A DNA stretch of 64,000 nt, from contig JBBDNB010000043.1 in the NCBI GenBank assembly GCA_040877935.1, forward strand, positions 26,109-90,108, read 5' to 3'. Positions 45,801 through 53,336 of this stretch are shown here, piece after piece. The stretch is from Chitinophagales bacterium. GTDB taxonomy: Bacteria > Bacteroidota > Bacteroidia > Chitinophagales > CAIOSU01. How positions within the stretch are numbered: position 1 is the stretch's first letter; every line of letters starts with the position of its first letter. A model generated the notes under the pieces. The model saw only the letters and a list, made by a program, of their open reading frames with translations. It did no database searches and was not told the DNA's origin. Both the position numbers and the translations under genes were made by a program.

Positions 45801-46863
45801 TGTCAGTGGTGATCTGGATTTAAATGCCAATGACCTTGCGCTTACAGGCGATATCAATATTACTGTAAGCGGAGCTATAGATGCTGATGCCAACTCGAAT
45901 ATCAGCATAGACTTGGATGCTGCGCCATTCACAGCCATCAGTTTTTCAGCCAATGGCAATACTGTTAATGATTTCAGCTTGAATATTTCTTCTGGCGGAG
46001 CAGTTATGCTGGGTTCTGATTTGAATATTGATGGTGAACTGTCATTCTCTGGAAGCGGAAACCTGGATATTGAGAACAATGACCTTCAAATAGGAGCGAA
46101 TGGTTCTATAAGTGGAGCCGGAAGCAGTGCATATATTGTTACTTCAGGTTCCGGACAGGTAGCGATGCAATTGGATGCCGGAAGTGGTACTTCAGTAGAG
46201 TTTCCAGTAGGTACTGCAATTAATTTTGCACCAGCAAGCATTGAATTGAACAGTGGATCACAAAGTGGAAATGTGATGGTAAATGTTGATGCCGGAGTTT
46301 TGGCCAATGGAAGCAGCGGAGCCAATATGGCTAATTTCCAGAGTGTAGTGGATGCTACCTGGAATGTTACTTCTGACATCAGTGCCAATCTCGACATGAA
46401 TATGGAAGTAATGTGGTCTGCTGATATGGAGGTGAATGGCTTTAACAATGCAGAAGCCTATATTTCACACTATATCAATAGCAGCTGGGATGTTTCAGCA
46501 GAAGCATCTGCCACAGCCGAAGGAAATGGAATGTTCAGCCTTCAAAGAGAAGGAATTACTTCACTGAGTCCATTTGCTGTATTTGATAAAAGCACTTCGG
46601 TAGGAATTCCTGAAAATCTTGAAACTATGGAGATAAAAATATTCCCGAATCCTGTTACGGATTACGTGGTGGTGAAAAGTATGGAGACAACCGATCAGAC
46701 TCTGAACGCTCAAATTATTAGTGTTACTGGTCAGGTGATAGATAACTATGAGATCAATGAGCAACAGGAAACTATATCGCTGGAACACCTTGTGCCGGGC
46801 AATTACTTTATCCGCATATACAATGATAATACAAACTATGTAGAGCAAATCCAGAAACTATAG
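42859..46863 (+). CDS. giant Gly/Ser/Asn-rich repeat (beta-helix-like) surface protein with T9SS type A C-terminal domain (paralog 1)
   Basis: The ATG at 42859 gives a signal peptide (track ORF starts at 42820). Degenerate repeats of about 80 aa (xVGSGNSVxLxSDLxxxGTLxLxGG) are organised into 246-aa super-repeats. C-terminal IKIFPNPVTDYVVV...PGNYFIRIYN...QIQKL. Confidence 0.85.
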   Translation: MKTLELNLKKVALLVATILLTSTSAIGATFTAVASGNFSSSATWGGSAPPANVSTDQIIIPVGITVDLDNDLTLNGATASLDVNGTLNTSSNASFYASTGTISGTGNIMVDSVATGAGAVFLFTGSLSANAMANAAASLQMGADLDVGQTLTLAPASTLSLITGGSLTIGNNATIVVDSGGGLSISGGGIGFSGNYNVVYTGGAAISGVELSGSSITDVNVDVGAGNNVTLTSDLTVNGDLMLNSGNLALSVNTLTFSASGDLAAGGSGSISSSGLGNIDINSTAGLSGALSFDASGNTVNNVSVSVGSGSSVQLDSDLNIDGTLQIDGGATFDFSGASVAINGDLSGSGMLSGDASADLSINAAGGIYDSLNFSAGGSTVNDLTINVGTGNAVDLASDVSVNGTLDLSGGSNLNISGSSIQISGDLSGSGSFVADSTSSITVDASGGLSTGISFAGGSGIVGDLTIDVGSGNSVSVDSDLMISGTLDLNSGTLDIGNNTLTFDANGDLSASGSGSISSAGAANIAVNSTAGLSGALSFDASGNTVNNVSVSVGSGSSVQLDSDLNIDGTLQIDGGATFDFSGASVAINGDLSGSGMLSGDASADLSINAAGGIYDSLNFSAGGSTVNDLTINVGTGNAVDLASDVSVNGTLDLSGGSNLNISGSSIQISGDLSGSGSFVADSTSSITVDASGGLSTGISFAGGSGIIGDLTVDVGSGNSVSVDSDITISGTLTLNSGTLAVGNNTLTFDANGDLSASGSGSISSAGAANIIVNSTAGLSGALSFDASGNTVNDFTVSVGSGSSVQIDSDLNIDGTLQIDGGATFDFSGASVSINGDLSGSGMLSGDASADLSINAAGGIYDSLNFSAGGSTVNDLTINVGTGNAVDLASDVSVNGTLDLSGGSNLNISGSSIQISGDLSGSGSFVADSTSSITVDANGGLSSGISFAGGSGIIGDFTIDVGSGNSVTVDSDVEVTGTLNIVSGDLDLNANDLALTGDINITVSGAIDADANSNISIDLDAAPFTAISFSANGNTVNDFSLNISSGGAVMLGSDLNIDGELSFSGSGNLDIENNDLQIGANGSISGAGSSAYIVTSGSGQVAMQLDAGSGTSVEFPVGTAINFAPASIELNSGSQSGNVMVNVDAGVLANGSSGANMANFQSVVDATWNVTSDISANLDMNMEVMWSADMEVNGFNNAEAYISHYINSSWDVSAEASATAEGNGMFSLQREGITSLSPFAVFDKSTSVGIPENLETMEIKIFPNPVTDYVVVKSMETTDQTLNAQIISVTGQVIDNYEINEQQETISLEHLVPGNYFIRIYNDNTNYVEQIQKL
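43703..45750 (+). repeat. 738-bp (246-aa) tandem repeat, about 2.8 copies, near-identical at the DNA level
   Basis: ACTCCACTGCCGGATTATCCGG recurs at 43703 and 44441, and TCCACTGCC at 45181, giving a period of 738. The first ~450 nt of copies 1 and 2 show a single difference by eye. Copy 3 diverges after about 45750. Confidence 0.9.
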
Positions 46864-46892
46864 GTATGGATTAGTGTAGGTTTTCAGTTGTG

Positions 46893-46932
46893 CGGGCCCT
46901 CTGTCAGTTTGATAGAGGGCTCGTTTTATTTT
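46893..46932 (+). terminator. rho-independent terminator after paralog 1
   Basis: CGGGCCCTCT...AGAGGGCTCG stem followed by TTTTATTTT. It is duplicated after paralog 2. Confidence 0.8.
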
Positions 46933-47040
46933 GTGAGACTTGTTTCTAAAATTGCGCAGTATTTGAAATTTAATTGCCGAAAGAATAGAGCAAAGTAATT
47001 TCATAAACAACGGGAGTGATCCTGACACGTTTTGGGGTAA

Positions 47041-47175
47041 ACGAGTAGAAAACAATCCACTTCGGGTAGTTCTTACACAGGCGGGCTTTCAATCGATTCC
47101 CTTCCCAGCGGCTCGTATTTCATTGAAATTGAAAGCAAGTCCGGTATAGGATTTAGGAAATTCGTGAAGGAATAA
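47041..47175 (+). pseudogene. remnant of a T9SS type A C-terminal sorting domain
   Basis: Hand translation gives ...GGLSIDSLPSGSYFIEIESKSGIGFRKFVKE then a stop, with an in-frame TAA directly upstream at 47038. Only the last beta-strands of a CTD survive. Confidence 0.55.
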
Positions 47176-47573
47176 TTTTTATTGCTGGTTTAAGTCAACT
47201 ATCAAACAAAGGTCTTACCAAAATTAAATAGCTGCAAAATGTAGCCTGATCGTTTGATTCACCGTTAGAAAGTCAGCATTAAGCAGTAGCAAATTTGATC
47301 AATCTTATTTAAAGGGCAATGAAAAATCAATCTCAAGCCAAGGGCAACGCTAGTTAATCAGGTTCTGATTCAAAGTATCAGGGAAAAAATCTGCTAATAA
47401 AATTTAATAGTTAATCTGTTTTATTTAATAATCTCCGCCATTGCGGGTAGGGCATCCTATTCTGTCAAATGTGTGAATGATGTAAGTCTTAGCTTAAATT
47501 GTGTAACGGTTAAGCTCTATGAATGGCTCATATTTGTTGCAAGAAAATTCTTTCACAGCTAAATCAATATAGT

Positions 47574-47753
47574 ATGAACACTACCGAGTTAAAAGGCAAT
47601 TGGAATGAGCAGAAAGCAAAACTCAAAAAGAAATTTGCAATGCTTACCGATGACGACCTAATGTTTGCTGAAGGAAAAAGAGATGAAATGTTCTTAAAAC
47701 TTCAAAAAAAATTAGGCAAGACTAAAGAGGAATTGCGCAAAATTATCTCCTAA
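47574..47753 (+). CDS. CsbD-family general stress protein
   Basis: MNTTELKGNWNEQKAKLKKKFAMLTDDDLMFAEGKRDEMFLKLQKKLGKTKEELRKII matches the CsbD pattern (GxWxxxKGKxKxxxGxLTDDDL). The start is the internal ATG at 47574. Confidence 0.75.
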   Translation: MNTTELKGNWNEQKAKLKKKFAMLTDDDLMFAEGKRDEMFLKLQKKLGKTKEELRKIIS

Positions 47754-47984
47754 AACTTTCAGGATCAATTATAATTTTGATTTTTTTAATCAAATTATTT
47801 TTGAAAAAATCTCGGAAAACCATGTTTTTTGTTCAGTAAATATTCCATTTTAAGTTTGATAAACAATTAATAATGAACTTATTTTGGTTCTGATAAAAAC
47901 AGATAAACTATTTATTCTTCTGAAATTTAGAAGAAAAATAGTTTAATTTTTAAAATCATTTTTTAAACCAAAAAACTAACAAAT

Positions 47985-50519
47985 ATGAAAACGCTCAAAA
48001 TTTATTTAGGAAAAATCCCAATGCTTTTTGCTGCAATATTATTTGCAAGCACAAGCGCAATGGGGGCATCATTTACAGCCGTAAGTTCAGGCAGCTTTAG
48101 TAATTCAGCAACTTGGGGCGGATCTGCACCCCCCTCCACTATTACTGCCGATCAGGTTACTATCCCATCGGGAATCACGGTTGATCTAGACAATGACTTA
48201 ATGTTGAATGCGGCCATTGCCTCATTGGATGTAAATGGTACATTGAATACATCAACAAGTGCAGCGCTTACGATCAATTCCGGATCACTTTCTGGTACTG
48301 GAGATATCGTTTTGGATTCAGTCTCTACCGGATTAAGTGCGGTATTGCTTTTCACAGGTTCTATTACTACCAATGCCATGACAAATGCTTCGGCTAGTTT
48401 GCAAGTGGCTTCAGAACTGGATGTGGAAGAAACGCTTACCTTGATGGCAGGTAGTGCCATTAGCTTGAATTCAGGTGGAGATCTGATGATTGGCAATAAT
48501 GCTACTGTTATTATTGATTCTGGTGGTGGACTTTCCGTATCGGGAGGAGCACTTGGCTTTTCTGGAAACTACAATGTAGTGTATTCTGGAGGCTCAGCCA
48601 ATGCTGGACTGGAATTGAGCGGTGCTGGATTAACGGATATCGGCATTGATGTTGGTTCTGGAAACAGTGTTAGCTTAAGCTCAGATTTAATGGTAGATGG
48701 CGAATTGATGTTGGCCAGCGGTACACTTGATATTGGCAACAACACACTTACCTTTAACTCAAGCGGTGATTTATCTGCAAGTGGTTCAGGATCGATTTCC
48801 TCGGCTGGTGCTGCAAATATTGTAGTCAACTCCAATGCTGGTTTGTCTGGTTCTTTGAGCTTTGATGCTTCTGGAAATACTGTGAATAATTTTACGGTAA
48901 GTATAGGAAGCGGAAGCAGTGTGCAGGTTGACAGCGATTTAAATGTAAATGGAACGCTGCAATTGGATGGCGGAACTACATTTGATTTTAGCGGAGCTGC
49001 ACTGACCATCAATGGCGATTTGAGTGGCTCGGGCATGTTGAGTGCCAATGCCAGTTCAGATTTGACAATTAATGTTACTGGTGGAATTTCTGATTCTCTG
49101 TCATTTTCCAGCAATGGACAAGTAGTGAATAATTTGACCATCAATGTGGGTTCAGGCAACAGTGTTGACTTGGCTGCTGCAACTGATCTTTCCGTAGAAG
49201 GAACTTTGGATTTATCAGGAGGAAGCAGTTTGAATATTGCTGGTTCTGATTTGAATCTAAACGGTGACTTAAACGGCTCTGGTAGTATTTCAGCAAATGC
49301 TAGCAGTGCTATCAATATCAATGCCACTGGAGGACTTTCTTCCGACTTGTCATTTAGTGGAGGAAGTGCTACAGTAGGAGGTTTTAGTGTAAATGTAGGA
49401 TCTGGCAATAATGTAACAATTGACGGAAACCTAAATGTAACAAGCACACTGAGTATCCTAAGTGGTAATCTTGATTTGAACAGCAATGATTTGAGCGTTT
49501 CTGGCGCAATAAATGTAAATGCAGACGGTGCCATTCATTCCAATGCAGATTCTGATATCAGCATAGATTTGGCTACAGCTTCTGGTGCTTCTATCGGCTT
49601 TACTGCCAATGGCAATACTGTTGGGAATTTTGATTTAAATATCGACTCCGGTGACGCCATTGCGCTTGGTTCTGATTTGAACATTGATGGTGAATTGTCT
49701 TTTTCAGGAATGGGAAGCATTGATATTCAGAACAATAACCTTCAATTTGGAGCAAGTGGCTCAATCAGTGGTGCCGGAAGTAGCTCATATGTTATCACTT
49801 CCGGTTCAGGGCAAGTGGCTATGGATTTAAGTGCTGGCAGTGGAGCTTCAGTAGAATTTCCGGTAGGTACTTCAGTTAATTTTGCGCCTGCAAATATTGA
49901 GCTAAACAGCGGTTCTCAAAGTGGTACTGTAATGGTGAATGTTGATGCCGGAGTTTTGGCCAATGGAAGCAGCGGTGCAAATATGTCAGGCTTTCAAAGT
50001 GTAGTTGATGCTACATGGAATGTTGAATCCAACATCAATGCCAATATTGATATGAATATGGAAGTGCTCTGGTCAACTGATATGGAAGTGAATGGTTTTA
50101 ATAATGGAGAAGCCTATATTTCACATTATATCAATGGCGAATGGGATGCTACAGCAAGTGCATCTGCTACTGCTGAAGGAAGTGGAATGTTCAGTCTTCA
50201 GAGAGAAGGCATTACTTCATTGAGTCCTTTTGCAGTATTTGATGAAAACACAGCAGTAGGGATTCCTGAAAATGATGCAGCTGTTGAGATCAATATATTC
50301 CCAAATCCAACTTCGGATATAGTTGTGATAGAAAATAAGCAGATGCTTGATCAAAGGTTAAATGCTCAAATTATTAGTGTTACTGGTCAGGTGATAGATA
50401 ACTATGAGATCAATGGGCAACAGCAAACTATTTCGCTGGAGCACCTTTCAAGCGGAAGCTATTTTATTCGCATCTACAATGATGATATGAATTATGTAGA
50501 GCAAATCCAGAAACTGTAA
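47985..50519 (+). CDS. repeat (beta-helix-like) surface protein with T9SS type A C-terminal domain (paralog 2)
   Basis: The N-terminal ~130 aa and C-terminal ~300 aa are collinear with paralog 1 (FTAVSSGSFSNSATWGGSAPP...; ...NAQIISVTGQVIDNYEING...YFIRIYND..NYVEQIQKL). It lacks the near-identical 738-bp array. Confidence 0.85.
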   Translation: MKTLKIYLGKIPMLFAAILFASTSAMGASFTAVSSGSFSNSATWGGSAPPSTITADQVTIPSGITVDLDNDLMLNAAIASLDVNGTLNTSTSAALTINSGSLSGTGDIVLDSVSTGLSAVLLFTGSITTNAMTNASASLQVASELDVEETLTLMAGSAISLNSGGDLMIGNNATVIIDSGGGLSVSGGALGFSGNYNVVYSGGSANAGLELSGAGLTDIGIDVGSGNSVSLSSDLMVDGELMLASGTLDIGNNTLTFNSSGDLSASGSGSISSAGAANIVVNSNAGLSGSLSFDASGNTVNNFTVSIGSGSSVQVDSDLNVNGTLQLDGGTTFDFSGAALTINGDLSGSGMLSANASSDLTINVTGGISDSLSFSSNGQVVNNLTINVGSGNSVDLAAATDLSVEGTLDLSGGSSLNIAGSDLNLNGDLNGSGSISANASSAININATGGLSSDLSFSGGSATVGGFSVNVGSGNNVTIDGNLNVTSTLSILSGNLDLNSNDLSVSGAINVNADGAIHSNADSDISIDLATASGASIGFTANGNTVGNFDLNIDSGDAIALGSDLNIDGELSFSGMGSIDIQNNNLQFGASGSISGAGSSSYVITSGSGQVAMDLSAGSGASVEFPVGTSVNFAPANIELNSGSQSGTVMVNVDAGVLANGSSGANMSGFQSVVDATWNVESNINANIDMNMEVLWSTDMEVNGFNNGEAYISHYINGEWDATASASATAEGSGMFSLQREGITSLSPFAVFDENTAVGIPENDAAVEINIFPNPTSDIVVIENKQMLDQRLNAQIISVTGQVIDNYEINGQQQTISLEHLSSGSYFIRIYNDDMNYVEQIQKL

Positions 50520-50548
50520 GTATGGACTAGTGTAGGTTTTCAGTTGTA

Positions 50549-50589
50549 CGGGCCCTCTGTCAGTTTGATGGAGGGCTCGTTTTATTTTT
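50549..50589 (+). terminator. rho-independent terminator after paralog 2
   Basis: CGGGCCCTC...GAGGGCTCG stem followed by TTTTATTTTT. Confidence 0.8.
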
Positions 50590-50626
50590 ACAATCTGATT
50601 ATGAGTGAAATGGGATCAGTTTAATT

Positions 50627-51496
50627 CTACAAACTAATACCGGGAAAGTCCATTTTAGTGACGCCCCACATGGCAGCGTATTGACTTGGCCTCAGGTGTA
50701 GTTGAAGCGTTTCGTTGAATTTTCGCCAGTTCTTTTCGCCAATCATTTTGTATTCGTATTCAATTTTCCCGGTATAAACAGCTTTTTCATCCGATAGTAT
50801 TTCAACCTTGTCCTGCTCAAGTTTATTGAGCTTTATTGCTTCAATTGATTCTCTCAGGAGTAGGTATCTTTTATCAATTTCATCAGCATCAATCTTTTGG
50901 CCACTGGTATCAATAATCCCGTTTTCGTGAAATCGCCAGGTGTAAAATTTCGGTTCAAACTTTTCATCTTCTAATCCTTTTATGATCTCTTCCACAGCAT
51001 CCCTGGCATCCAACAATGGATTGGGGTGAAACTCCTCGTATGTGTAGTGGGTGAACATGCCCGGTACATCGTGCAGTTCTATTTCCTCTTCAAACAATTC
51101 TTCTGTGATAAATTTGTAAATAACACTGTCTTTATATTCTCCAATCACATCCAGGCAAATGTTATGTTGGTTAAGTAACTCAAGAAGACGGTCCAATTCG
51201 GCTTCTATCTCTTTATCGCTGAGCATTTCCGCTTTTTTAAAATCAGGCTTGCCGATACTTTTATACACTGTTGTAAATTCCCTGTCAGCGTAGTTTTTTT
51301 CGAAGAATGATATGTGCTTCAACCATTCATTTTCCACTTCAGGCGGTAGGTCATCAGATGTTTCGGAAAAATTTGCACCATGCTCTGCCCTCAGTTTCAG
51401 CTTGAGCAATTCGTTTTCCTCTTTTAAATTTTTGTCTTTATCTCCCGGGTCACCGGGCAAATGTTTGTTATCCATGATTGCAGTTTTTGTTGACAA
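50627..51496 (-). CDS. hypothetical protein (289 aa, acidic)
   Basis: Long ORF with no competing frame and no recognised motif. Confidence 0.6.
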   Translation of the reverse strand: MSTKTAIMDNKHLPGDPGDKDKNLKEENELLKLKLRAEHGANFSETSDDLPPEVENEWLKHISFFEKNYADREFTTVYKSIGKPDFKKAEMLSDKEIEAELDRLLELLNQHNICLDVIGEYKDSVIYKFITEELFEEEIELHDVPGMFTHYTYEEFHPNPLLDARDAVEEIIKGLEDEKFEPKFYTWRFHENGIIDTSGQKIDADEIDKRYLLLRESIEAIKLNKLEQDKVEILSDEKAVYTGKIEYEYKMIGEKNWRKFNETLQLHLRPSQYAAMWGVTKMDFPGISL

Positions 51497-51528
51497 TACC
51501 TAAATATAATAAAAAAACAGAGACTGTT

Positions 51529-51984
51529 TTACTTGATACTTTCTTCAAAACGATTCAACACAATCTCCCAGGCATTCTCAAAATATTCAAAAACTTTATT
51601 CCATTCATCACCATCTAGCCAACCGAGGTGGGTAAGCTTGACTTCGCATTGATTTTCATTGATTGGTTTAAAGGTGATCACTACCCAGGTTTTGTGCGGG
51701 TGATTTCTGATTTTGAGAAAAGAGGGAGGTGCATTCCATGAAAAAGAGAGCATTTCGTTGGGAAGATAGGACAAGACTTTACAGGTTTCCGACCCCCTGA
51801 GTCCGTATTCGTTTTCCATCAAAAAATAGATTTCAAATGCTCCTCCGGGTATCAGTTCAATTTTGTTGTCGCGGCCAAAAAAGGTCAATAGGCCTTCGTG
51901 GGTTGTCCATTTTTTCCAAAGTTGTTTTGCAGAAGTGTTGAGTACTTTGGTTTTTACTATTGATTTTTGATTAATGGAATACAT
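51529..51984 (-). CDS. SRPBCC/AHSA1-like (START-fold) protein
   Basis: 151 aa. LWKKWTTHEGLLTFFG...FSWNAPP...VKLTHLGW resembles the Aha1/BPI-like SRPBCC family. Confidence 0.6.
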   Translation of the reverse strand: MYSINQKSIVKTKVLNTSAKQLWKKWTTHEGLLTFFGRDNKIELIPGGAFEIYFLMENEYGLRGSETCKVLSYLPNEMLSFSWNAPPSFLKIRNHPHKTWVVITFKPINENQCEVKLTHLGWLDGDEWNKVFEYFENAWEIVLNRFEESIK

Positions 51985-51995
51985 ATGGGCTTATA

Positions 51996-52718
51996 TTAAA
52001 CCATCATATTTTCATCTTCCTTAATAGTGCTGCCCGAGCAGCGCCACAATCTTGCTGGATATTTCTCTATAATATGGTAATTGTGCGTAGCCATCAGCAC
52101 TGCTGTGTTGAATTCGCGGTTGATCTTCATCAAAAGCTGCATAATATCATCAGAGGTGTCGGGGTCAAGATTTCCGGTGGGCTCATCTGCAAGAATCAGT
52201 TCAGGGTTGTTGAGCAGGGCGCGGGCTATAACTACGCGCTGTTGTTCCCCACCCGACAGTTCATGCGGCATTTTAAAATCCTTGGTGCCGAGTCCTACTT
52301 GCGCCAATACCTCATCTATACGCATTTTGATTTTCTTCTCGTCTTTCCAGCCGGTGGCCCGCATCACAAAACGCAGGTTTTCACTCACGCTCCTGTCCAT
52401 CAGCAATTGAAAATCCTGAAAAACAATGCCGAGCTTGCGTCTTAAAAATGGAATTTGAGAGGTGGAAAGTTTTTCCAGATCGTATCCCAGGACTTGTCCA
52501 CTGCCCTGATTCAGCGGTAAGTCCCCATAAAGTGCTTTGAGCAGACTACTTTTCCCACTGCCGGTTTTGCCTATCAGAAAGATAAATTCACCATCATTGA
52601 TCTCTAAATCTAATTGATTTAATATCAAGGATTTTCCCTGGTAGATCACCGCATTTTTAAGTTCTACAATGGGCTTTAAGGGCTTTTCTTCTTGTTTTGC
52701 TGTTTCTTCTTCTGACAT
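51996..52718 (-). CDS. ftsE: cell-division ABC ATPase FtsE
   Basis: Walker A GKTGSGKSSLL, signature LSGGEQQRVVIARA, Walker B LILADEPTGNLD. Size and sequence are FtsE-like. Confidence 0.75.
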   Translation of the reverse strand: MSEEETAKQEEKPLKPIVELKNAVIYQGKSLILNQLDLEINDGEFIFLIGKTGSGKSSLLKALYGDLPLNQGSGQVLGYDLEKLSTSQIPFLRRKLGIVFQDFQLLMDRSVSENLRFVMRATGWKDEKKIKMRIDEVLAQVGLGTKDFKMPHELSGGEQQRVVIARALLNNPELILADEPTGNLDPDTSDDIMQLLMKINREFNTAVLMATHNYHIIEKYPARLWRCSGSTIKEDENMMV

Positions 52719-52724
52719 ATTTGA

Positions 52725-53252
52725 TTAAATATTGCTCAATTCAAAAGCAAGATAAACGATTACAGCCAAAAGAAAAACGATAAAAATTCCCAGTACATAG
52801 TAAGCGGTTTTTACACTTGCCTTGTACTTTTGAATTTGCTGCTCTTTTAAAATTTCATGAATGACATTGCGCACAATAATTTGTGCCCGGGCATAAGCTG
52901 TTTCGTTTTTTACTACATAGTCCTTTGCGCCATAATCATAGCATTGAACTGCCACTTCAATATTGTCCTGGTGCGACATCATTACAACGGGCAATTCCGG
53001 TCTTTTGGACTTAATGCGTTTTAAAACCTCAATACCGGTTGCTGAATTTTTATCTTCAGAATCGAAGTAATAATCCAGAATAACAATATCGGGATCTTTA
53101 CTTAGTGCATTGAGTACAGCTTCTCCGCTTTCGTAATTTTCCACTTCGATTTGATAAGGCAAATTTTTGGTAAGGCTGTCTTCCAATACCAGTAAATGCT
53201 TTTTATCATCGTCAACTGCGAATATTTTAATTGTTTTTTCTGCCGCTTCCAT
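52725..53252 (-). CDS. receiver-domain protein with a C-terminal transmembrane anchor
   Basis: REC fold (IFAVDDD..., phospho-acceptor D in IVILDYY, MMSHQ, K in AKDYVVK) followed by the hydrophobic helix AYYVLGIFIVFLLAVIVYLAF. There is no output domain. Confidence 0.7.
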   Translation of the reverse strand: MEAAEKTIKIFAVDDDKKHLLVLEDSLTKNLPYQIEVENYESGEAVLNALSKDPDIVILDYYFDSEDKNSATGIEVLKRIKSKRPELPVVMMSHQDNIEVAVQCYDYGAKDYVVKNETAYARAQIIVRNVIHEILKEQQIQKYKASVKTAYYVLGIFIVFLLAVIVYLAFELSNI

Positions 53253-53336
53253 AATTTTTCATTTTCAGGGTTTAAATATAAGATTTATTTGGTCATTTCA
53301 TTTTTAGTTTTCAACTATTCGCTCCCTTAAATTTAA

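Noticed and set aside
43455-49720. Long antisense ORFs inside both adhesin genes (e.g. 43962-44489, 44700-45236, 45438-46079, 48569-49534; 98-321 aa).
   Set aside because: They mirror the + strand repeat units: the same peptide recurs with the 738-bp period. They overlap a + strand frame that has a signal peptide and a T9SS CTD, and they are low-complexity Pro/Ser/Leu translations of the complement of Gly/Ser/Asn codons. They are shadow ORFs.
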